DNA of 63,833 nucleotides, filler included, from Rhabdomonas costata (GCA_019059605.1; 34 parts of 34 records of this genome joined end to end with filler, not necessarily neighbours in it), one strand, 5' to 3'; positions 12,539 to 24,637 are shown, counted from the whole stretch's first letter. Notes: generated by a model from the sequence alone, not told the origin. Numbers and translations: made by a program.

Positions 12539-12671
12539 GCACAAGCCACATACACACTTCACACCCCGCTGTTCGAGACGATGGCCACCTTCTCATGCCG
12601 AGGGGCATTGAGGTTGCCCAAAAGTCGAGCCATCTGGAACAGCTCTTCTACGTCTGACACCTCTAGGACAC
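11723..12671 (-). CDS. NDP-forming acyl-CoA synthetase (ACD/Pat-type CoA-ligase domain) fragment; exons 12671-12565, 12171-12030, 11800-~11723
   Basis: Spliced with GT-AG introns: GVLEVSDVEELFQMARLLGNLNAPRHEKVAIVSNSG|ALAAEVVSKISPLKLASLEPSTRSALQETLLDQWSHTNPVLTFCPSLK|ASEFAAAVGHVLKDPKVDAVLSLHV. This matches GvlrV..leELf..a.ll...p.g.rvAIvtNsGG.g.laaD...Ls.et...L...Lp..wS..NPvD...DP.vDavl. Confidence 0.8.
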
Positions 12672-13167
12672 CTGAAGCACCCCGAGGCACCCCCTCCCTC
12701 CCCCAAAAAAAAGCCAGGTCCCAAAAAGCAAACAGAATCCTCACATGTTCGAGTAGGCTTATAGGTAAGAAATTTCGGTTACAACTCGACAAAAATTACG
12801 GAAAAAAATCGTTGGAATTTTCTATACGAGCCATGGGGATCCCTGCAAACAGCAGGCCGCCAGCCCGATTTGATACGATACGTTTTCGACACAGATTCGA
12901 ATCAGTTTCGAAACACTCCCACGCTCGCTCCAAAGGACGGGAGTCTTTCACTTCGTTATTTCTGTCCCAAGATAGGACCTTCAAAAAGAAAAGAAGAGAA
13001 ATGTCTTTTTTGAGGTGGAGAAAATACTGAAAACTTAGAGGCAAGGCCTTGCCGGAACCCCCCAACANNNNNNNNNNNNNNNNNNNNNNNNNNNNNNNNN
13101 NNNNNNNNNNNTTAATTAATTAANNNNNNNNNNNNNNNNNNNNNNNNNNNNNNNNNNNNNNNNNNNN

Positions 13168-13662
13168 GTGGTTGGTGTTGGGGTGAGGTCGACCCACCAG
13201 CCGTCCTCCAAGGTCCGCCGCATTTCCAGCCCACCCAGAGGCCAGTTCTCCCGGTCCCAAAGCAAGTCGTGGACCTCCTCGCGGCCGATCTCCACCGCCT
13301 AACCCCAACACCAACCAGCCAACTAACCAAACAAACAAAAAACAGCTAATCAACCGTCAAAGGAAATGGTGATAACTGCAAAACGCTTCACAATCGTTTT
13401 CGGGAATAGTTATATTGTTTCTTTTGGGGGGGGGGCGCTATAAGTTTAGCACCACCAAGTGCTAGACGTTATTGACTTTTGCGGGGTTTTGAAAATGTCG
13501 ATGCATTGGCCAAGAATATTTCACAGGACCTGGAACTGGATTTGGTGCTCCACGACGAGGTCGGGACGAGGTGGACCCTTGGCGGCCTGCTCTTCGATCT
13601 CTTTGAAGAGTGCTGCGCACAGCCGCATGAAGATCCCGGGCTGATCGGGACGCCCAACCAAA
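13168..13662 (-). CDS. Divergent kinesin motor-domain fragment; exons 13662-13530 and 13298-~13180
   Basis: Spliced: LVGRPDQPGIFMRLCAALFKEIEEQAAKGPPRPDLVVEHQIQFQ|AVEIGREEVHDLLWDRENWPLGGLEMRRTLEDGWWVDLT. It aligns with kinesin mG...pGiipr....lF..i...v.vSylEIYnE.v.DLL...L.ire....g.yV.gLt. The GT-AG intron is phase-consistent. This frame is not in the supplied ORF track. Confidence 0.65.
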
Positions 13663-14713
13663 CTGCATCCCCCCGTTCCCGAGAAAAACAATCACCAGTG
13701 ATGCCAAAAATAGGGTACACCCTGGAGCCTCAACCGGTATGCATGTTCACAGCGGTTCCTCCGTTTTGGTGAGCGGCCTCTCAAAGAGAAGCTCGCGGCT
13801 GCGTGCGCCCTCATCCACATCCACATACCACACAATGGGTGTCCCAGTTAAAATGTAAGAATAATTTTTTTGAATGCATCAGGTTTTTGGTTGGGTTCCG
13901 AGCATGGCTGCTGAAGGTGGGTGTTGCATTCCCATTTTGTTTGTAATATATTGTTTGTAATATGTAATATATTTGGCGAGCCAATTCAGCTTCGTTAAAG
14001 AACGAGAAAAGCGACAAGATCTGCAAAAAGCCTCTCAACATAAAATGAGGAACCACCCATGAAACAAACCCCACACCACACCCCAAACACCGCACTTCGT
14101 TTTAAAGTTGTTCAAAAAAATCATTGTTACATTAACCGGGACACCTGGTGGGCACCGCACAGAGGCAAGGCATCGAAGCCGCCTGAGCTCATATGTGAAA
14201 ATTGTTCTGCCAGGGTTAGTTATCTCTATTTCGCCGCTTGCAAGAAGCACAGGCTCATCTCATTTTACGAGCCAAGGGCTTTCACCAACTCACAGCTTGG
14301 ACAGTTGGTGGTCAATGGGCCCACAAGTGTACGATTGTGGCCCGCATCATCACATAAGCAAGAGGTAGGGGTAGACACACAAAGAAAAGGCCGAAAAGAC
14401 GCACAAAAATATACCTCCAGGTCAACACCAGTTTTTCCACCGCTCCTTTTTAGCTTCGTAACCCGAAAATGCCTCATTTAAGAGTGCGTCTTCGGTTTTG
14501 ACCCTTTAGGTGACGAGGACCATTTACTCCAAGTCAAAAATGTCACGGCACTGCGGCACAGGCACAGGAGTTTCGCAACGGGTGGGGTTAGACAGAAATC
14601 AAATAACGAAAAAAAGAAAGAAAGAAAGAAAGAAAGAAAAAGAAAAAAGAAACGAAGGATCTGGGTTTAACAAAAACGGCACACAAATCGGACCATACAT
14701 CGATGGATAGGCA

Positions 14714-14946
14714 TTGGAAAACCCACTGGTACATTCACTCGAAACGATACCAAGTGAATACCAAGTGCAGATGCACAACTATGCAGAACGAGGGGAGTCA
14801 AGTGCCACTGCGGGGTAAGCACCCATGGCCTCACCATTTCCCCTTGAACGATGCGAGCAGAGACCTGAAAGATCTGCATAGTTGTGCATCTGCACTTGGT
14901 ATTCACTTGGTATCGTTTCGAGTGAATGTACCAGTGGGTTTTCCAA
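14714..14946. repeat. Contig-terminal inverted repeat (74-nt arms 14714-14787 and 14873-14946)
   Basis: Exact reverse-complement arms ending at the contig end. Confidence 0.95.
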
Positions 14947-15799
14947 CAANNNNNNNNNNNNNNNNNNNNNNNNNNNNNNNNNNNNNNNNNNNNTTAATTA
15001 ATTAANNNNNNNNNNNNNNNNNNNNNNNNNNNNNNNNNNNNNNNNNNNNCCCCCCTGTAAAGTGAAACGAAAAACGCGTTTGCGAATCGAAGCCTGGGGT
15101 GCGCTCTTCGCGCGCTAATCTTTCCCCCCATAGGGCCTAAAGTGGTGCGCCTGGCCACGGTACTGACTACGTCACTGCAGCCCTGGGACTCCACCGGCCA
15201 ACCCTGCGCGAACATCACCCGATGCGTTGGGGGGTTTCCGATTGTCAACGCCCACCTGCGCCACAGCGCGGCCACCCACTCTCAGGTCAGCGGTTGTGGT
15301 GGCGCCAAGTGGGGATAAGGAACTCGGGAGGTGGTGGGGAGGCGGAGTAGTTTCCACCTTCTGCAGTTTCGTCGCATGCGAAGCATCTCTTCAAGCCGTA
15401 CCTGCGTACGTGTTAGGACTGCATTTTGGTGCATATGCGTGAATCTCCTCTCCCCGCTGAAAAGCTTTCCTCTAGGATGCTCCCGTATGGGTGTGAATCT
15501 AGCTTTGCTCTCATTTGCATTCGTGAGCGACGTGAACGACTTTGGTTACCCTTTGCAATGAATGCTCCTCAAATCCTCCCAACCTCCCTTACCCATGTAC
15601 CCCTGTGACCACGCATCATCAGAGGTTGGGGAAGAAAAGTCATTAACACTCGAAACACTAACACCGCGTCTACAGGGGCATGCCTGGAGTGCTCAGTAAT
15701 GGTGATGCATCTTTGAGGCACTCCGCGCTGTCTCGGAGGTTTGTTTCGATTGGGGAAATAAGACGTGGAGGGTGCCGCAAGCGCTTTATTGTCAGACGA

Positions 15800-16560
15800 T
15801 GACGTACTCAATGGCTTGTGTGTATCACACACACACACCTCTGGGCTTGAGCTCTGAAGGCTCAAACGTCTGGCTGTGGAGCAGCTGACGCAGCCCCCAA
15901 CCCCATCAGGCGGAAACCAGCTTATTTCGGATGTGTATTTCCAGGCGATCTCCCGTGATGGGAGAAAATGGACAACCAATCCTTTAGCTGCGTTGAACCG
16001 CTTGCCCACCTGTATTGACAACTTTTGCCCTCCGAATTCGCACAGGTTGCGCTGTGGTGGATTGACTCCTCGTCGAAGATGGTGGAGTTCCACCCCTTGG
16101 GCCTGGCCCTCAACTCTGCGGCGTGGCAGCGAGCGTCCAACGTCAGCTTAGTTGGGTGTGAAGAGGGGGGAGGATACAATCGTTCTTTTTTGGTTTGGAA
16201 TGTAGTTGCCCTGCACTAGACCCTGGGCTGCTCGGTGTCTCTTTCACCCGTGCGTCGATGTTTGAGTTTGTAGAGCACTTGGTCTCATGAGGCTGTTGAG
16301 GAGTTTGTGTAGCCCCGAACCCGTGAAACCCGGGGACAGATTGCCCCCCTTGGCGGCACATGTGGAATGACTACCGCCTTTCTCCCGCTAGTCACCAACT
16401 TTCCAAAGTGCGTGATAGGGTTTATTGGTTCGTGGGTCCCATTGGCGGAAGCGAGAACACACTTCGCATCATCAATGAAGGCATTTGCTCGACTGACGTG
16501 TTTACGAGAAATTACTAAAACCACGAAGTGGATCATGATATGGGAGCTCATCTGTAGACC
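15800..16560 (-). mobile_element. Possible highly decayed non-LTR reverse transcriptase remnant
   Basis: AFIDDAK (YADD-like), THFGKLVT (yLG-like) and downstream ISWFPPDGVGG (lylp...GGlG-like) occur in the expected order, across broken frames. Confidence 0.3.
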
Positions 16561-17544
16561 ACCATAATCAGTCGCACGGCGGGAAGCTGAAAAAGCTACC
16601 TGGGCAATCGAAAAGCATTTCGAAAAGCCTTAATGACTCCTTTAAATTGCCGTTGCGGCCAGATGCCGTTGCCCATCTCCACTTTTCGTGCGCAGCTGGA
16701 GTTTCGAAGACCCTGGGCTGCTGGAGTTTTCCCCAGACTCGGTGAACCCCCTCTTGAACACCATGCCCGTGCTCCCGGTGGCAACGAATGTGCACCCGAA
16801 CCAAAGCAACCCCTTCAACGCCAACACCACNNNNNNNNNNNNNNNNNNNNNNNNNNNNNNNNNNNNNNNNNNNNTTAATTAATTAANNNNNNNNNNNNNN
16901 NNNNNNNNNNNNNNNNNNNNNNNNNNNNNNAAGCGTGATCGCCAAAGGGATGACACCCGATGGGCCTGGCCCCTCGAAAGTTGGGATCCCCCCCAGGGAA
17001 GGGACCTAAGTCTTCCCCCAGAAAAAATTCCCCCTGGCCAACGAGTGAGTGAGTGAGTGAGTGAGTGAGTGTAGGGGAATGTGGGGTGGATGCGCATGTG
17101 GCGACCCTTCCCAAGCGCAGTGCATGTGGTTGCGTGGGCGTGTCTTCAACGCTGTTGGGTGGTGTTGCATAAGGTAGACACATAAAATTCGCATGTGCCA
17201 TGGCAAATGCGCATACGTATGGGCAAGGAGGGATGCGAGCGCGTGTCAGTCAGAGAGAGAATACCAGGATCCCAGGCAAAAGTAAAGCCGAAGGGGTTCC
17301 TCAGAGTCATGGACGCGCGAGGCCAGAGTGTTGGAGTTCCTCAGAGCGGCGGTTCAACGCGCTAATGAGGATTCCGAAGAACGCTTTTCCCAGCAGCTTC
17401 CAGGCTGCGGGAGTACATTCGAAAGCGCGGGAAGGCAAATAACACCACAAAGCAATGTCTCATACCCTTCGGCCTTTGGGTCTGTTCTATACTGCCAGGT
17501 CGTTTGGTAGAATTATGGGCGTAGCTGAAAAGCGTGCGTGCACA

Positions 17545-17588
17545 CCAACTAGGCACACCAACTAGGCACAACTAGGCACACCAACTAG
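17545..17588. repeat. Short tandem repeat of CAACTAGGCA(CAC), about 3.5 copies
   Basis: ccaactaggcaca ccaactaggcaca actaggcaca ccaactag is visible directly. Confidence 0.85.
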
Positions 17589-17657
17589 CAGCCGATCCAC
17601 TGTCACCTTCGAGAAGGCTTTTGAGTGGTGGATCGCTGGCAGCACTCTCTTGGACAG

Positions 17658-18311
17658 GACTTGGGCCCCTACGCCACCTTCGCGAAGGCGTCGTACAAGC
17701 GTGCTGAAGTGCAGGCCTTGCCAATGAAGGAGCGGTTCCGGAAGATTGGTGCTGCCCCCCGCCCACCACAAACCACTTGTCCAGTCCCCCTCCTGTTTCC
17801 CGTTTTGCAAAGAAGGAAGCCGTTTCAGTAGAAAGCATCATTAGGGGGTTGGCGGGAAATGGGCGAGGGACGGCCCCGGAGAAGATTTCCAGAAGGACTA
17901 AAAGGTATTTATCGATTTGATTGTGATTTGCGTTTTATGTGGGTTTCACCTCGAGGTAGGTGCCAGGCACTGTTGGCCTTATCTTGAGCTCTAACTGTTA
18001 CGTACGTAATGCCACTTAACATGGTGAGTATTCCTCCTTTTGCCTTCTGCAAAAAGATCAACTGATTTTTTATACTGCCGGGCCTGCCGGCTTGTTTATG
18101 TTGGCATTTTTGGTTTGGTTTGCGCAATGGTGTGTTGTGTTCTTGTTGTGGTTTTTTTGTCACCCCAGCGGAGCTGTGGAAGTCCCTGCCGGAGAAGGAA
18201 CGCGAGGTGTACCTGCAGTCCGGCAGCAAAATTGCGGCATGTCGTCACGTCCCGCTTTCCTGCTGGTTTTTTCTCACCATTGATTCAGCGCGAAACTACC
18301 GGTTTGCCTAA
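17658..18311 (+). CDS. HMG-box protein C-terminal fragment; exons 17658-17748, 18169-18240 and probably 18289-18311
   Basis: Spliced: DLGPYATFAKASYKRAEVQALPMKERFRKIA|ELWKSLPEKEREVYLQSGSKIAA(SRNYRFA*). The HMG-box pattern Y..F.k....k.ia..Wk.l...ek..Y is present and the phase-1 GT-AG intron is consistent. Confidence 0.75.
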
Positions 18312-19295
18312 AAGATGACCTGCAGTGGGAAGCTGTATGAAAGTATGTTCACGCTGAATTCAAGCGGTCGGTTGATTAGAAGCTCTGTGTTGACCCATGA
18401 AGGTGTTTTAAAAAGGTATTCTGGTCTGTCATCCTGTTTAGTGGGAACCACCCAACTGTGCACGCATGTTTTGACTTAAACATTCGAGAGGTGCTCTCGT
18501 GTCCAACCAACTTTTTTTCTTCTTAGAGTGGAGCAACATCGACCTTCAAAGGTGCGATGCCACGAGCAGTGGGCGGGAGATGGTTGTGGGTAAGCTCATT
18601 CACCCACTCTGTGATCATGGGGTTTGTAGTTATCGATGTCTGCGGCCACCACGAAAGGACTGCATCGCCAATCCTGTCATGTCCGCAACCAGCGCATCAT
18701 ACCACCCACCCNNNNNNNNNNNNNNNNNNNNNNNNNNNNNNNNNNNNNNNNNNNNTTAATTAATTAANNNNNNNNNNNNNNNNNNNNNNNNNNNNNNNNN
18801 NNNNNNNNNNNGCTGTGTGTGCCTCCCGATGTTTGCCTGGTAGGAAAGTGGGCCGGTGGGGGGTGCACAGCTTTCTTGGGCTTCTCACTCCCGTTGCTGA
18901 GGAAACCAAGGATCTCGTCCTGCAGGTCCGAATGATGGGCTCTTCTCCTTCTATCTCCTGCATGCACCACTATTGCTGGTCTTTCCAGTTCTGTAGATTT
19001 CATGTTTCAGTTCTTTTCTCGCCCATTTTCCCCAAAAAGAAAACGTCGGTTGCACGTCGAAGCTGTGAATGAACTGGAAATTGTGAGTGAACTGTGAGTG
19101 AACTGGAAATTTTCTGCAAAGCGCAACTCCGAAAAGTTCTCGTCTTCTTCGCAGTGGGCGGAGAGAAATCTGTCGTGCCCAGAAAAGCATTTCCACCCTG
19201 GGCCAACGAGCTCCGTTTCCCCTTTGAACTAATGGAACCTCGGGACATACTGGGGTTATTCTTTGCCATACCGGGGTTATTCTTTCACACCGCAG

Positions 19296-20188
19296 GTGCT
19301 GTGCGTGTTGTACAGCTGTCTCCCTGGTGGGGACGCGGGGGGCAGCGTCGACCCCAACCCTCTGCTGACGCAAATCGCCTGCATTGCCACCATTACGACG
19401 GTTTGCACCGTCCTTGGTGCGGTCATCACCGCGGGCCCCAAAAGGTCCTATGAGAGCTGTTGGTGCTTTTATCCATCCAATCACTAACATAAAACTGTTC
19501 AATCGTTAGTCCCTCTGTCATATTTTTGCCTTTGCCCTCCCGACATGAAGGTTTGTCAATTTGAAGGTTTGCCCAACTCCACGGACCATTCATTGTGGCT
19601 CACTGTAAAGTGTGGCTGCGCAAGGGATACGTTTTCATCTGCGGTACAGTTGACATCGGGTGGTTTCCTGTGATATGAATGTGGTCCAAGTTTGTTAATT
19701 GGGCTCCGTGGACTACTGTTTTGGGCGTGCACCTGTCAATGCGACGATCGCATTTTTCAGGCCCTCGTCAAACAAAATCACATCATATGAACTGCAGTGC
19801 TCTTATTATCCATCAATTGTTCTCATCATCACCTGAAAGAACTCTGGACGCCTCTCGTTCCCAATGATAGTCTTTCTGCTGCCATTCTGTTTCTGATCAG
19901 CAGAAATGTTCTCCATCGCTCCTTTATTTTCAGGCCAACTCATTCTCCGTCGAGCCACGATACCACGGACTCCGCGGGCTCGGGCTGGTGTGACGATCCG
20001 CTGGAGACCTCCATTGTTGGTTTATGCCTCAGTGTGCTGGTGAAGCTAGGCCATGACCCAGCATATGTTGGAGAAATTCTGGAATGGCTTCCGGTCTCTG
20101 ATCTCGCGGAGTTTGTCTGCCGGGCAAACGATCCCAGTCTGGATCTTCAAGCTTCCGAGCTGGCGTCCATGCTGAAGGATAACTCGAA
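19296..20188 (+). CDS. Exons of a hypothetical protein (about 19296-19399 and 19933-20188)
   Basis: AG/GT-bounded open segments VLCVLYSCLPGGDAGGSVDPNPLLTQIACIATITT and ...DPLETSIVGLCLSVLVKLGHDPAYVGEILEWLPVSDLAEFVCRANDPSLDLQASELASMLKDNSK. Possibly a helical repeat; no family recognised. Confidence 0.45.
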
Positions 20189-22937
20189 GGTGCGCAACTA
20201 CCCCGACCCAGGGTTGCGTGGTTGTTTAAGCAATTCCGAACAGCAAAACGCGTTTTCGCAGCCATCGGCGAAGAAATCAGGAAGGTTTCCTGCGACTTTA
20301 ATTTTGATTGTTGTTCCTGTTTTACCCGACCGACCAAAAACTGTGACCCCTCTTCCACTCGCACGCGTTTCTTCGGCTTTCTTCCTGCCCGCCTTTTCTT
20401 CCGCCGCCCGCCTGCTGAGTTTTGTTTCTTCTCTTGATGTTTGTATGCCTTTTTGTTGCTCCGACCCTCTGCAGTTGCAAAGAATGCGGCGCTGTAGCTC
20501 CCCGTGCTTTTTGTTTCCCCACCACCCGCAGCGCCTATGACACACAAACCACTATATCAAGGATCCGCACCTAAGTTATCTTCAAACCACCCNNNNNNNN
20601 NNNNNNNNNNNNNNNNNNNNNNNNNNNNNNNNNNNNTTAATTAATTAANNNNNNNNNNNNNNNNNNNNNNNNNNNNNNNNNNNNNNNNNNNNTGGCCGCA
20701 CAGCCAGCAAGGAGCAGCAGCTGCAGCAGCGGCAACAGCGCCGAACCCACCGTGCATCCCCCTTTGGCATGGAGCGGCGTTCTTGTACAGACCGTAAAGT
20801 GAAGGGGTTTTTTCGTGTTGTGTCGGAGTTTTTTTTTGCTCGGGCGGTAGGACGGGGTTCGCGCGTGCACTTTTTTCTGAGAAGGGTGATGCTAAAGGCT
20901 GCTCTCCGGATGGTGATTGGGTTCCTACACGCTGGCACGTGCCATGCTTTCTTGTGCATTCTGCCGTAATAATTGCTTGTTAGTGAGCTTGGGTCTACCT
21001 GGTTTGCTCCTCTGTAATGGATTTCTCTTTCTCGCCGACCTCTCTCTCTCTCTCCCCGATGTGAATAGGGGTCTCTCGTCGTCATCTTCTGTGCTTTTCT
21101 GTACCTCATTCATGCTTTCCGTTTTTGCTCAATTTCTTTCGTTTTCTGGTGCAATAGCGTCTTCAATGATTTGCTTCTTCCACACACACACACACACACA
21201 CCGATGGTATGTGGTCATTCCATGAGAATGAGGAATGGCCCTAGGGAAGTCGAGGCGGCGCTGTGCTCAGCGCTCACTGTCTTACTCAAATCTTTGAAAG
21301 TTGGTGAGGTTGGCTAGCGGAGAGAAGTAACAAAGAACAAATCCGAGTGCTTTCAGCGGCAAAATTGCGAGATTGAAAGAATGCCTGTCCATCCCCACAC
21401 ACATTCACTTCTGGGACATTATAGTTTCAGCGCCGCTACTCTTTTAGCACGCTAAACGCTTTTGATTTTTGTGGATTTTTGGAATTGTCATTGCTCAAGC
21501 TCGGGCAGAGGAAGCGAGCAGGCAAGCAATGCCTTTTACTTGGCTCATCATGTTCTTTTCATCTTGCGGAGTTGAATGGCAGAGGGCTCTGGCGAGAGTG
21601 TACACGTTCGCCCGTGTATTTTTGTGTGGTATTGTGGAGTGTATCCTTCTTGGGCCGGTTGACATCATCTGTCCTGCAATGCCTGCGTTTCCACATTCAC
21701 AACCGCCATTCACCACCATCCCCAACCCACCACTTCCCAATCATTCACGCTTTTTTTTTGCTCACGCTCTGTTGTGTTCCGTTGCATTGTCGGTGCCAGC
21801 ACACATGCTCACTTGTGCTCACTGCAGTGCCAGCCAGTACTGAATTGGTGTCAAGTCCCACATGGGTGCACGAAGAACGAAATTTGTAGCCTTTTTTTTT
21901 CTGATAAAGCTGTTATCGGTGGCGGCAGGTGGTTTCCTCGATTCGCTGTTTCAGAAGCTCTCCATCGCAAGGAGGAGGGTGGTGTTCTGAGGCTTTGGCC
22001 TGGCAATTCTCCCGGTTCTCACGTTTGGCTTGAACTCTTCGTTTCTCGTTTGGTCGGAATGGCCTTGCTGGTGTTGATCCCTCTTCCCGTGCGTGAATCT
22101 TCACTGAGCTTGTCGTTACGACGTAGACGAACCTGATGGAGTTGAGAGAATTAAGAATACATTGTGTTTTTCTTTTTTTTTCTTTTTTTCTTTTCCTTCT
22201 GGGTGGGAGGCATTGGGACTTCGGGTTTGAGCGGAATGCTGGTCGCTCCAAAGAACACATTGCACTATAGTGAGAAAGAGTCACAAGCTTCTCCTTACAA
22301 AAGCAAACGATTATGACGTGTGGTGTTGCAGGATAGGTCCATTTCACCCATTCAACAGCGTTGAAACCCGTTTAGAAACTTCATCGCACCAATCTATTTT
22401 TCCACGGTGCAGCAGTCCCTCTATGTTGATAACCTGCATTGACTATTGGAGACGTTCTGTATGGCATGCCACTCNNNNNNNNNNNNNNNNNNNNNNNNNN
22501 NNNNNNNNNNNNNNNNNNTTAATTAATTAANNNNNNNNNNNNNNNNNNNNNNNNNNNNNNNNNNNNNNNNNNNNGTGTTGGGGGTAAAAAAGAATGGGGG
22601 TGGGTGTAGTGGTCTGGGTGCAAGCTACAGGTTGCGTTGACGGCCAACAATGGGACCCTAAGGCGTGTGTTTTTGACCTCCTGTGACGGTGTGTTTCTGT
22701 GTTTTTGGGTGTGCTTGTTTCGGTGCACTATCCCCCCTTATCGTAGCCTACACCTGGGTGGTGCAGGAGGTTGAGTGTCTGTTTCATGATGACTGAGTGT
22801 GACTTTCTGCATCCCATGCCTGATCCCTGCCCATACTGTGCACCGTTGCAGGGGATGCAGCTCTTGGAAAAGGTTTTGTCCTAAACGTTCTGAAACTGGG
22901 TGAAAATGGGTGCTCTGATTTTGGTTGCGTCATGCAG

Positions 22938-24293
22938 ACTTTTCGTCGCAGCTGCCCTTTTAAAATGCCTGGGATTACGATTGAAGTGAATGAGCTTTCC
23001 TTGAATCTGTCCTGGCCGGCCAGCGCAACACCCTCGACGACGTACGCTCTGGAGTGGCGCTTTGCGGAGTCCAAGACATGGGAAACTCTCCGCGTTGACC
23101 AGCCCAGCTACACCTTCACGGTCAGTGACTTCTCCCGAGTTTACCTTTTTCGTGTGGCGGAGGTGGACGCAGGCGGTGTGCAGGGTCCCTGGTCGGAGGA
23201 GGTCAGCAGCTACTCCGGCCCACCCAAGATCGCCACTCCATACATCCCTATAGTTGGGACGGATCCCATGGTGGACTACAACGACAATGCTAAAAACTTG
23301 CTGGCCAAGCTTGAGCGGTTCAACCCGCGTGTTCCTCCACTTCATCTAATCACTCAACTGCGTCCCGTTCACCGCCTGAGCGCAGATACGCTGACCATCG
23401 CCGTTCACAGCGGGGGCCTGAGGGCACTCTCCGCGGTACGAGGCATTGCGCAGATGGACCCCGCGGAGGCCTTGAAGGTTCTTCTGGAGGACTCCGCAGA
23501 GCTCCGCGGGTTGTTCGCCGACCTTGGGCTTCCGAAAAGCAAGCAAGAGCTTTGGCGGAAGGGGCTGCAGCCGTTGGCGGAAGCTGTCCACCATGGTACA
23601 CCGATAGCGCAGTGGAGGGAGCTGTTGGCTTTGGGGCCGTGCCAGGAGATGCTGCGTTCGATGGAGGCGTTGCCGATGTTTGCCGCGTACGGAATGACTC
23701 CGCCCGTTTTTACTGAGCAGAAGCTGCTGCCCCTGATGGAGCGCACGGTGGAGTACATGAAGCAACTGCAGAAGGTTTTGTCGGACTTTTCACCTTTTTT
23801 GCTATTTTGAAATGCTTGAAAAGGGGTAGCAAGACGTGTGGGACTAGATACTCATTTTGTTGCTTTTATGCCCTGTCATTTCTTATGACAGGGCCTGCGA
23901 GGGGTGCAGCTCCCCGCGGACGCCGAGCTGGGAACGGACAAGCACGTGTTCTCGGTGCTTGGCAAGAACAACGGCGGCGGCTACGGCGACATTCGAATTG
24001 TTCTGAATCGCCGGATTCTGCATCACCCAGATACCTGGATCACAGTCAACGCCGCCACTTCGATCCGCAAGTGTCGTACCGTTCACTACCGACCCTATGC
24101 CCTGGAAGAGTACGCGACACAGCCGAAGGAGGTTTTGGACCACTGCCGGTCTTGCACAGATATCGGAAGCTGCCGCTGTACCGAGGGTACTAGCTTCAGG
24201 GCGACACCTGTGCTGACCCGTCTTCGCCAGCATCGGCTTCACATGGCCCATCCCCTGACTGCACAAGTTCTGGCTATGGAACTGCACCATCAG
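22938..24293 (+). CDS. Fibronectin type III domain protein with a putative DarT-like ADP-ribosyltransferase-fold region; exons about 22938-23774 and 23892-24293
   Basis: Longest coding stretch in the window, about 410 aa spliced over a phase-0 intron at 23775-23891 (gttttg...gacag). FN3 signature: SLNLSWP...YALEWR...W...SYTFTV...YLFRVAEVDAGGVQGPWSE. Downstream motifs are described under findings. The gene is partial. Confidence 0.85.
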
Positions 24294-24459
24294 GTTGTGA
24301 CCAGTCTCATCCGAGGAGGTGATACGCGCCATCCTTCTGCCATTTCCCACCACCCCCNNNNNNNNNNNNNNNNNNNNNNNNNNNNNNNNNNNNNNNNNNN
24401 NTTAATTAATTAANNNNNNNNNNNNNNNNNNNNNNNNNNNNNNNNNNNNNNNNNNNNAT

Positions 24460-24637
24460 GTTTTGGTTGTTTCCTTCATTTTCAGCACTTAAGCCATTCA
24501 CATTCTTTTAAAAGTGAAGTAAAGTTGCCACGTGTGCTTTCAAAAACCAAGGAAACAAAAATGAAATTGCATTTTGAATTCAAATTTTAAAGAATGTGAA
24601 TGGCTTAAGTGCTGAAAATGAAGGAAACAACGAAAAC
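24460..24637. repeat. Contig-terminal inverted repeat (about 53-nt arms 24460-24513 and 24585-24637)
   Basis: Near-exact reverse-complement arms starting at the contig start. Confidence 0.9.

Noticed and set aside
22770..22810. Spliced-leader exon (GAGTGTCT / ACTTTCTG words)
   Set aside because: The words are short and out of order, and are not followed by the T-run, CG and GT donor expected of an SL-RNA gene.
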